Notes under the pieces: model-generated
What the model was told of the DNA's origin: nothing
What the model saw: the letters and a program-made list of their open reading frames with translations, nothing else
Database searches by the model: none
Made by a program: the position numbers and the translations under genes
Assembly (NCBI GenBank): GCA_963846805.1
Contig: CAWJXH010000003.1
Coordinates: 671,832 to 735,831, forward strand
Reading direction: 5' to 3'
DNA: 64,000 nt
DNA from: an uncultured Chloroflexia bacterium
GTDB lineage: Bacteria; Chloroflexota; Anaerolineae; Anaerolineales; Villigracilaceae
Part shown: positions 56,208 through 64,000 of the stretch, piece after piece
Layout of the letters: each line of letters begins with the position of its first letter
How positions within the stretch are numbered: the stretch's first letter is position 1

Positions 56208-56519
56208 ATGAATGAGAAACGCATCCAGCAAGTGCTTGAAATTGAAAAGCAAGCTCAGCAGATTTTGGATTCAGCCACACGCGAGGCCAAACAATTGCCC
56301 GTTGCTGCCGATCAAGAGGCGCAACAGTTGATTGAGAAGGCTCGCGTGGCTGCCCAGGAGGAAGCGCGTCAGATAGTAGAAAAAGCTCGGGCTGCCGACG
56401 AAACCTCTAGAATCGTCGCTGAGGCAGAGGAAAAGATACGCCTCTTTGAGAAGTCCGCCGCGGCCCATTTCCACCATGCGGTGGCGCAGGTCATCGAAAA
56501 CGTGATTGGCACGGAATAA
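56208..56519 (+). CDS. ntpG: A/V-type ATPase peripheral-stalk subunit (G/H-like coiled coil)
   Basis: 103-aa Ala/Glu/Gln-rich helix, first gene of the V-type operon. Confidence 0.7.
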   Translation: MNEKRIQQVLEIEKQAQQILDSATREAKQLPVAADQEAQQLIEKARVAAQEEARQIVEKARAADETSRIVAEAEEKIRLFEKSAAAHFHHAVAQVIENVIGTE

Positions 56520-57591
56520 CATCGTGGCAGGCGGCGTTTCGGGGTATGCGGCCATCAACGCGCGGGTAAGGGTCATGCAATCGGCGCTCCTAAGTGCCGT
56601 AGAACTGGATGGTCTTGGCCAGTCCGCGGATCTGCCAGCCTTGGTTGGATTGCTCAAGCGGTCTGCCTACGGAGCTTACCTGGAACGGCTGAAGGATAAG
56701 GAAATGACCGAGCGGGGTGTTGAGTTGCAAATCAGAAGCAGACTGGCAGATGCTTTTCAGAGTGTCATTCATATGGCGCCTGGAGACACGCGCCCACTGC
56801 TGGTTCAGCTTTACCGCTATTACGAAGTAAATAATTTGAAAGCCGTGCTGCGCGGCGTTGTTACTGAAGCGTCTTTGGACAGGGTGCGCGCGGCGCTTTT
56901 CCCGTTGGGTCCTTCGACAGTACTGCCGGTGGAGGCTATGGTCGAGGCGAAGAACGTCGCGGCCGCTGTTGAGTTGTTGCGGAGCACGCCCTATTATGAT
57001 GTCCTATCCTTTGCCATGAAGCGCTATACCTCGGAGCAGAGTCTTTTTCCACTTGAGGTGGCATTGGATCTCGAGTATTGGCGCAAGCTTTGGCAGGAGG
57101 CCAGAGGACTGCTTGGGCAGGATCAGGAGCAGGCCTTGCGGGTGATCGGCTCGCTCGTAGACATGAATAACCTGATGTGGGCCATCCGTTATCGCGTTTA
57201 TCAGGGTCTATCCGAAGAGGAACTTATCAACTACACCCTGCCGTTCGGCTATCGAGTTCACGACGAAGATGTCAGAGCCGTGGCTGCTGGCGCGGATATT
57301 TCCCCGATAATTGAGCGCACCTATCCGGGCATCTCGGATCCTGCCGCGCTGCTGCAGGAACCCCGGACTGGTTTGCCCCGCCTGGAGCTGGCGCTCAAAC
57401 GCCATCTAATGCAGCGATGTCTGGCCGCGTTTGTAGGCAGCCCTTTTCATATTGGGATCCCGCTCGCCTATCTGGTTCTGAGCGATCTCGAAATGCAGGA
57501 CCTTATTGTGCTCGTTGAGGCCAAGGCGGCACATTTGGCCGATGAGGTATTTCGCCCCTTCCTCGTGAAGGCACCAGCCCTCAAGGGGTAA
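56506..57591 (+). CDS. ntpC: A/V-type ATPase subunit C (eukaryotic d homologue)
   Basis: About 360 aa all-helical. Y..INARVR.M.S.LL start and position before subunit I. Confidence 0.8.
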   Translation: MARNNIVAGGVSGYAAINARVRVMQSALLSAVELDGLGQSADLPALVGLLKRSAYGAYLERLKDKEMTERGVELQIRSRLADAFQSVIHMAPGDTRPLLVQLYRYYEVNNLKAVLRGVVTEASLDRVRAALFPLGPSTVLPVEAMVEAKNVAAAVELLRSTPYYDVLSFAMKRYTSEQSLFPLEVALDLEYWRKLWQEARGLLGQDQEQALRVIGSLVDMNNLMWAIRYRVYQGLSEEELINYTLPFGYRVHDEDVRAVAAGADISPIIERTYPGISDPAALLQEPRTGLPRLELALKRHLMQRCLAAFVGSPFHIGIPLAYLVLSDLEMQDLIVLVEAKAAHLADEVFRPFLVKAPALKG

Positions 57592-57633
57592 TTGACGTTC
57601 TGTAAACAGCGACTTGTATTTCCTGGAGACGAC

Positions 57634-59589
57634 ATGTTCTTTCCTAAAGCTATGTCGGAAATCGAGCTGATTGTCCCTTCCAAGGATCTGCTCGCAGTCA
57701 TGAAGGTACTGACCGGCCACGGTGTTTTTCATCAGGGCGAGAGCGGCTATCAGCCCCTTGACGGGGAATCTGGCTCCCCCAATACCTGGCAGGAAAAAGC
57801 CGCTACATATGCCGCGGTGGAGCGCCGGGTTCAGGTGGTGTTGCAGTTGTTGGCGATCGCCGAACAACAACCCCAATCAGGAGACTTCCAGGATGTCGTT
57901 GAGCCCGAGACCGCAGTCCCGGCGCTTGAGCGGATCGAGGCGGAGGTCAAACGAGCCAGCGATGACCTGGTCGAACAGAAAAAGCTCCTGGAGCAGCTCG
58001 AGAGCAACTTGCGTCAGCTCGATCCCGTCGCTGATATTGACCTGGACGTGGCCTCGCTCCACAACTCGCATTATCTCTATTCCGTTCTCGGCCAGATGCC
58101 CGCCGCAAATGTCAGCCGTTTACATACGAGCCTGGCGCGCGTGCCCCACATGTTCGTGACATTGCGCTCGGATCCGCGCAATCCCGTCGTGTGGCTTGCC
58201 GGTACACACAGCAACACCGACGTCCTCGACCGCGCGGCTCGCAGTGCGTATCTAAATCCTCTTGAGCTGCCAGAAACCTACAAGGGTACCCCGGCGGATA
58301 TCATCAAGTCCTTGCGGGCTGAAGTCCAAGTCGCGCAGCAGAAGATCTCCGGCCTGAATGCGACCATGGCGCGCTTCGCGGAGACCCACAAGAAGGAATT
58401 GCTGGCGTTGTCGTGGCAGATGCACGCGGGCAGGACGCTCGCCGAGGCAATCCTCAGATTTGGCAGGCTTCGGCATACATACGTCATGGTGGGTTGGGTG
58501 CCCACAGATGATCTCGCAGACGTCACTCGACGCCTCAGGCTGGCCTCGAAGGAGATCTTGATCGAGACGATCCCTACCGACCGCCACGGGGAACAGGCGC
58601 ATGTGCCTGTGGCGTTGCAGCATTCAAAGCTGCTGCGCCCGTTCCAGATGCTCGTTACAACCTATGCCCGGCCGCGCTACGGCGAACTGGATCCCACTTG
58701 GTTGATCGCATTAACCTTTCCCTTGCTCTTCGGGGCCATGTTCGGTGACGTCGGACATGGCTTAGTGCTGGCTGGCTTCGGCGCCCTGATTTCAAGTCGC
58801 AGGCTGAAGTTCTTGAATAGTCTTGGCAGCTTGGGCGGACTGATTACGATCTGCGGCCTGGTCGCAGCCGTGTTTGGATTTCTGTACGGCAGCATCTTCG
58901 GTTTTGAGGAGATATTGCCGGCGCTTTGGCTGCATCCGAGCAAGAACCCCTTGCAGATCCTTGCCGTCGCAATCGGTGCAGGTGTTGTGCTATTAACCGT
59001 CGGATATTTGATTGGGATCCTGAACGCGGTGCGCTCGCACGATTGGGGTCATCTGATCTTTGGACACAACGGCATTGCCGGATTTGTCCTTTATTGGTCA
59101 CTGTTAGGTGTGGCAGGCAGCGACTTCGCAAAGATCCCGGTCGCACCTGTTGTATTTGTTGTCCTGGCCATTGCGGCTGGCCTTGCCATAATGTTCTCGG
59201 AAGTCCTGATTAACCTCGTGGATGGTGAAAGGCCGTTGCTCGAAGGCGGAATTGGTACGTATGCCATCCAGGCGCCAATGGAGCTCTTCGAGGCGGTCGT
59301 CAGCATGTTAAGCAATAGCCTTTCATATGTGCGCGTGGGCGCTTTCGCCATCGCTCATGTCGTGCTGACATCGGTGGTATTTCTCCTGGCCGGCCTCGTC
59401 GGTTCGCAAGGCAGCGTTCCCTATTGGATTATCGTAATCATCGGCACGCTGGTAGTCGTTCTCTACGAAGGATTGATCGTTGGCATCCAGGCCATGCGTC
59501 TTTCGTACTATGAATTCTTCGGAAAGTTCTTTACGGGTGGCGGAATGCGTTTTGAGCCGCTGAGACTTTCCCAGGCCGAAGAGGACTGA
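57634..59589 (+). CDS. ntpI: A/V-type ATPase subunit I (a-subunit homologue)
   Basis: N-terminal cytoplasmic domain plus a C-terminal 7-8 TM domain with SY.R..A..LAH-type motif (SYVRVGAFAIAHV). Confidence 0.9.
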   Translation: MFFPKAMSEIELIVPSKDLLAVMKVLTGHGVFHQGESGYQPLDGESGSPNTWQEKAATYAAVERRVQVVLQLLAIAEQQPQSGDFQDVVEPETAVPALERIEAEVKRASDDLVEQKKLLEQLESNLRQLDPVADIDLDVASLHNSHYLYSVLGQMPAANVSRLHTSLARVPHMFVTLRSDPRNPVVWLAGTHSNTDVLDRAARSAYLNPLELPETYKGTPADIIKSLRAEVQVAQQKISGLNATMARFAETHKKELLALSWQMHAGRTLAEAILRFGRLRHTYVMVGWVPTDDLADVTRRLRLASKEILIETIPTDRHGEQAHVPVALQHSKLLRPFQMLVTTYARPRYGELDPTWLIALTFPLLFGAMFGDVGHGLVLAGFGALISSRRLKFLNSLGSLGGLITICGLVAAVFGFLYGSIFGFEEILPALWLHPSKNPLQILAVAIGAGVVLLTVGYLIGILNAVRSHDWGHLIFGHNGIAGFVLYWSLLGVAGSDFAKIPVAPVVFVVLAIAAGLAIMFSEVLINLVDGERPLLEGGIGTYAIQAPMELFEAVVSMLSNSLSYVRVGAFAIAHVVLTSVVFLLAGLVGSQGSVPYWIIVIIGTLVVVLYEGLIVGIQAMRLSYYEFFGKFFTGGGMRFEPLRLSQAEED

Positions 59590-59668
59590 CCGGAGTTCTA
59601 AACAACCTGAAAGCCCTATTCCTCATATATTCATTCGCGCCAAAACCAAAACTCAAGGAGACGGAAAA

Positions 59669-60103
59669 ATGATAGTGATCGTTGCAGTAGTCGTGGGCCT
59701 GTTGCCGATTTTGCCGGCCATGATTTATTTCCTTCGTCAACGCGGGAAGAGCCCCACCGAGGCAACCCGGACATTCATGTATGGTTTGAATGGCTTCAAC
59801 GCAGTCCTCGGCCTGATGGCCGTCGGGTTCGGTGTATTCTGGCTGTTTTCGCCGAGCGCCGCAATGGCCGCGGGTTTGCAACAGACAGCAGCTGCGGACC
59901 CCTATGCCGCTCTGGCCGCGGCAATTTCAACCGGCCTCGCCTGTGTGGGGGCAGGCATTGCAGTCGCCGGTTCAGGCGCTGCAGCCGTCGGCGCGACGGC
60001 TGAAAAGCCTGAGTCCTTCGGTCGATCTCTCATCTTCGTCGGCCTTTCCGAAGGTATCGCGATTTATGGACTCCTGATTTCCTTCTTGGTCCTGAACCGG
60101 TAG
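59669..60103 (+). CDS. ntpK: A/V-type ATPase proteolipid subunit K with atypical N-terminal two-TM extension
   Basis: The C-terminal hairpin GAGIAVAGSGAAAVGA...FVGLSEGIAIYGLL is c/K-like. The first ~70 aa are hydrophobic but not a second proteolipid hairpin. Confidence 0.8.
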   Translation: MIVIVAVVVGLLPILPAMIYFLRQRGKSPTEATRTFMYGLNGFNAVLGLMAVGFGVFWLFSPSAAMAAGLQQTAAADPYAALAAAISTGLACVGAGIAVAGSGAAAVGATAEKPESFGRSLIFVGLSEGIAIYGLLISFLVLNR

Positions 60104-60110
60104 TGTTGGG

Positions 60111-60416
60111 ATGAAACTATTGGTAATCGGCCATCCGGAGGCTGTGCTCGGCTTCTCCCTGGCCGGGGTTGCCGGCAGGTCGGTCGCAACCGCCGACGAG
60201 GCCAATCAGGCGCTCGACGAGGCCCTCGCCGACAAGAACGTCGGCATTGTTCTGGTGACGAAGGACGTGGCGCGTCTTATCCAGACCCGGATGGAATACC
60301 TCAAACTGCACAGTACCGTGCCGTTGGTGGTTGAAATCCTTTCGCCGGAGGGCATCCGGCCGGGTGAACCGTCGCTGAGCGAAGTCGTGCTCCGCGCAAT
60401 TGGCATCAAGCTTTGA
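60111..60416 (+). CDS. ntpF: A/V-type ATPase subunit F
   Basis: 101 aa: KLLVIG....LGF.LAGV...............L.......GIVLVT. Confidence 0.85.
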   Translation: MKLLVIGHPEAVLGFSLAGVAGRSVATADEANQALDEALADKNVGIVLVTKDVARLIQTRMEYLKLHSTVPLVVEILSPEGIRPGEPSLSEVVLRAIGIKL

Positions 60417-60473
60417 ATCTTGCCTTCGCCGCAAGCCCACGCGCGAGGGAGAAAGGCTCCAGGGAATTGGGTT

Positions 60474-61097
60474 ATGGAATCGGCAGAAGAAAACGTTGAC
60501 ATGCTCTCACGCGCGATTCTCAGCGAGGCGCAGGCAGAGACTGAACAACTGAGGAAAGATGCGCAGTCGAAAGCGGACGCCGTCCTTGCGCGGGCACAGG
60601 AACAGGTTGCCGCCGAGCGCACGGCCATTCTTGAACAGGCGTCCCAGGAGGCGGAGCGGATCCGCAGTCAAATCGTCGCCACGGCCCAGTTGAAGGCACG
60701 GGCATTGGATTTGGAGCGCCGTGAGAAGATGCTCGATCGGGTTTTTGATGCGGCCCGGCAGCAGCTGCCCCGAATTCAGCACAGGGATGATTATGGCCAA
60801 CTCGTCGTTCGGCTGGTGCGCGAAGCCGTGACTCAGCTGGGAGCCGCCAAGGCTGAGATCCGGGCGGATCGTACCACCGAGAAATTCCTCACGGCCCAGG
60901 TATTGGATAAGCTGTGCAGAGAAACGCAGGCAGAATTATCGGTCGGAAAGACGCTGGAACAGGGCATAGGTGTGATCGTCGAGGCCTCCGATGGACATTT
61001 GCATTTCGATAATACGCTGGAAACCCGGTTGATTCGGCTCCAGGGCGGGCTCCGCTCCTCCGTATTTCATACATTGATGGGAGAGTCGCATGAGTGA
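60474..61097 (+). CDS. ntpE: A/V-type ATPase subunit E
   Basis: N-terminal coiled coil (I..EA.AE.......A...A) and a C-terminal globular domain ending F.NT.E.RL. Confidence 0.8.
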   Translation: MESAEENVDMLSRAILSEAQAETEQLRKDAQSKADAVLARAQEQVAAERTAILEQASQEAERIRSQIVATAQLKARALDLERREKMLDRVFDAARQQLPRIQHRDDYGQLVVRLVREAVTQLGAAKAEIRADRTTEKFLTAQVLDKLCRETQAELSVGKTLEQGIGVIVEASDGHLHFDNTLETRLIRLQGGLRSSVFHTLMGESHE

Positions 61098-62855
61098 GCA
61101 AGTAGGGACTGTAACGTGGATCAACGGACCCGTGATTCGCGCCGCGGGTCACGCCATGTTAGCATGCTTGAGCTCGTGGAAGTCGGCGAGGAGCATCTCG
61201 TCGGTGAAGTGATCGGGCTTGAGGGCGACGTGATTACAGCGCAGGTATACGAAGAGACTTCCGGCATGCGGCCCGGGGCGCCTGTATTCGGAACGGGCCT
61301 GCCGCTTTCTGTGGAGCTCGGCCCGGGTCTGCTTAAGAGTATCTTTGACGGTGTTCAGCGTCCCTTACCCGTAATCGAAATGCGTACCGGCTCTTTTATC
61401 AGTCGGGGCATGCGTCTCACACCGCTTTATCGGAAAGATCGCTGGAAATTCACGCCCCGCCTCAAAGTCGGTGAGGCCCTGAGCGGCGGCGCTATTTTGG
61501 GCACTGTTCCGGAAACCGAGTCGATCGAACATCGCGTGATGGTCCCGCCAGATGTGGCGGGAACGCTAACCTGGATCGCCTCGGCCGGCGAGTACATGAT
61601 CGAAGACGTCATCGCGCGAGTCCGCACGCAGCATGGCGAACGAGAGCTTAGCATGTTACAGCACTGGCCGGTGCGGCAGGCTCGGCCGTACAAGGCTCGC
61701 CTGGGTGTCAGCATTCCTCTCATTACAGGCCAGCGTGTCCTCGACAGTTTCTTTCCGGTGGCAAAAGGTGGCGCAGCCGGAATCCCCGGCCCGTTCGGCT
61801 CGGGTAAAACGGTGACCCAGCATAGCATTGCCAAATGGGCCGACGCGCAGGTTATCGTGTATATCGGGTGCGGCGAGCGTGGTAATGAAATGACGGAGGT
61901 GCTTCAAGAGTTCCCGCATCTCATCGATCCTCGCAGCGGGCGACCGCTGATGGAACGGACCGTGCTCATCGCCAATACGTCGAACATGCCGGTGGCCGCA
62001 AGAGAGGCCAGCATCTATACGGGCATCACCATCGCCGAATACTATCGCGACATGGGCTATCACGTGGCGCTGATGGCCGACTCCACATCACGCTGGGCAG
62101 AAGCTTTGCGTGAAGTCTCAGGTCGGCTTGAGGAAATGCCGGCGGAGGAGGGCTATCCGGCCTATCTGGCAGGTCGTCTCGCCGAGTTCTATGAGAGGGC
62201 AGGCAATGTGGAAACGCTGAACGGTAGCAGCGGATCCGTGACAGTAGTAGGTGCGGTGTCTCCGCCCGGCGGGGATTTTTCCGAACCGGTCACCCAGCAT
62301 ACAAAGCGGTACATCCGGTGCTTCTGGGCGCTGGACAAATCCCTGGCCTCTGCACGGCACTTTCCATCCATCAACTGGCTCGATAGCTATAGCGAGTACC
62401 TGGAGGATGTGGCGGGCTGGTGGCGCAACGAGGTCGGCAAGGATTGGCTCAAGATGCGCAACCATGCCATGGAGATCCTGAGCGAAGAAGACCGCCTGTC
62501 GCAGATTGTGAAGCTGGTCGGCCCGGACGCGTTGCCCGATGAAGAACGGCTTGTGCTTGAAACCGCGCGGCTCCTGCGCGAAGGCTTCCTCCAGCAGAAT
62601 GCCATGGACAATGTGGATGCGTTTTCGACGGTGCAGAAGCAGATACGCATGCTCGACCTTATCCTGCACTTCCATGAGCGCGGCCTTCGCATCGTAAAGC
62701 ACGGCGCGCCGATCTCCGTTATCCACGCATTGCCCGTGGTGGACACCCTCATCCGAATGAAGACTCTCGTACCGAATGAGGAGTTGGACAAGATGGATGA
62801 CATCCAGAAGACCATCGACGAGCAGATGGAAAAGCTCGAGACGGAGTACAGATGA
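61090..62855 (+). CDS. ntpA: A/V-type ATPase catalytic subunit A (frame broken near 61154-61160)
   Basis: [20 protein letters not shown], then after a -1 shift [24 protein letters not shown]. Walker [10 protein letters not shown] and the non-homologous-region insert typical of A subunits. Confidence 0.93.
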
Positions 62856-64000
62856 CCGAGACGATGTTGCAAGGCGGGCAGGAAGTCGTCGGCGTGAGCC
62901 GAATCGAGGGTCCCATCGTCTTCGTCGAAGGCGCCGCCAATGTTGGCTATGACGAAGTCGTGGAAATCCTCGATTCTCACGGACGCTTGCGCCGCGGCCG
63001 TGTGCTTGAAGTCGGCGAAGCCATGACCGTCGTCCAGGTATTCGCCGGCTCGACCGGGCTTTCTATTGACGGCACGCGCGTCCGTTTTCTTGGCGGCACA
63101 CTTCACATTCCCGTTGCCGAAGAAATGCTGGGTCGCGTTTTCGACGGGTTGGGAATGCCGCTGGATGGCGGACCGCAGCCTTTGACAGACACCTATGCCG
63201 ATGTCAATGGTCAGCCCATCAACCCGACGGCCCGGGTTTACCCTCGTGACTACATCCAGACGGGAATATCCGCCATCGATGGCATGAATACGCTGTTGCG
63301 CGGGCAGAAGCTGCCGATCTTCTCCGGTGCCGGCATGCCACATGACCAGATCGCTGCCCAGATCGTTCGCCAGGCCACTCTGGGTGCCGTGGCGGGAGAG
63401 CCGGCGGCCGTGTCGGAGCAATTCGCCATCGTTTTTGCGGCCATGGGTGTCAAGCATGACGTGGCAGATTTCTTCCGGCAGTCTTTCACGGAAAGCGGGG
63501 CTCTGACGCGGGTCGCCATGTTCCTTAATCTGGCGGATGACCCGCCGGTCGAACGGCTCGTGACCCCCCGCGCCGCTCTAACTCTGGCCGAGTATCTGGC
63601 GTATGAGCGCCAGATGCACGTGCTGGTTGTTCTCACCGACATGACCAATTACTGCGAAGCGCTCCGCCAGATTTCAAATATTCGCGGCGAGGTTCCCAGC
63701 CGAAAGGGCTATCCCGGCTATCTCTACAGCGACCTGGCATCCATGTATGAGCGTACCGGCCGTATTCGCACCAGTGAGGGCTCCATCACTCAGATCCCGA
63801 TCCTGACCATGCCGAATGACGATATTACGCATCCGGTTCCGGACCTCACCGGCTATATCACGGAGGGTCAGATTACGTTGGGGCGTGACCTGGATCATCA
63901 GGGCATCTATCCCCCGATTGCGGTGCTGCCTAGTCTTTCGCGCCTGATGAAGGACGGGATCGGAAAAGGCCATACGCGTGCCGATCATCCGCATTTGTCA
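62852..64000 (+). CDS. ntpB: A/V-type ATPase subunit B (partial, runs off window)
   Basis: I translated this open frame by hand from the ATG overlapping the A stop (ATGA). [33 protein letters not shown] and [11 protein letters not shown]. Confidence 0.92.
   Translation, partial: MTETMLQGGQEVVGVSRIEGPIVFVEGAANVGYDEVVEILDSHGRLRRGRVLEVGEAMTVVQVFAGSTGLSIDGTRVRFLGGTLHIPVAEEMLGRVFDGLGMPLDGGPQPLTDTYADVNGQPINPTARVYPRDYIQTGISAIDGMNTLLRGQKLPIFSGAGMPHDQIAAQIVRQATLGAVAGEPAAVSEQFAIVFAAMGVKHDVADFFRQSFTESGALTRVAMFLNLADDPPVERLVTPRAALTLAEYLAYERQMHVLVVLTDMTNYCEALRQISNIRGEVPSRKGYPGYLYSDLASMYERTGRIRTSEGSITQIPILTMPNDDITHPVPDLTGYITEGQITLGRDLDHQGIYPPIAVLPSLSRLMKDGIGKGHTRADHPHLS

Overview
Densely coding, moderately GC-rich bacterial chromosomal segment with about 60 protein genes and 5 tRNAs. 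I saw no rRNA, CRISPR array, transposase, integrase or phage gene. The gene content points to a Chloroflexota (Anaerolineae-like) genome, but that is inference only. The supporting traits are a Roadblock+V4R pair, a Zn-ribbon-TopA fusion, GT-C mannosyltransferases, an A/V-type ATPase, a two-NuoM complex I, consensus TTGACA/TATAAT promoters and several leaderless-looking starts. Positions 1-44000 are mixed housekeeping: PAS sensor, tRNA-Phe/Gly/Cys operon, ffh, an OmpR/HisKA two-component module, rpsP-KH-rimM, dprA, GDP-mannose synthesis, topA, greA, dgt, tRNA-Leu, heme A synthase, tRNA-Asp, L,D-transpeptidase, Roadblock/V4R/polyprenol-P-mannose synthase, rsmA, LCP, G5/3D protein, aminotransferase, cupredoxin, VKOR, moeA, relA/spoT, two GT-C glycosyltransferases, ybaK, recJ and tryptophanase. 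Positions 44300-64000 are a one-strand bioenergetic supercluster. It holds membrane-arm-only complex I genes (nuoA-H-J-K-L-M-M-N), a self-contained Fo-only F-type operon (atpZ, a, c, b/delta fusion), and an A/V-type ATPase operon that runs off the window. Main caveat: at least 16 single-base frame breaks interrupt conserved genes (ffh, topA, dprA, greA, nuoJ/K/L, V-ATPase A and others). This looks like consensus indel error, so I merged the split ORFs. The most interesting non-routine items are four. First, the 2M-type membrane-only nuo cluster with an internally duplicated NuoL lateral-helix segment. Second, the Fo-only operon with a b-delta(C-terminal domain) fusion. Third, a ~730-bp gene-poor interval where a perfect promoter drives an orphan leaderless ORF or RNA. 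Fourth, a two-copy composite hairpin plus G-run repeat family.
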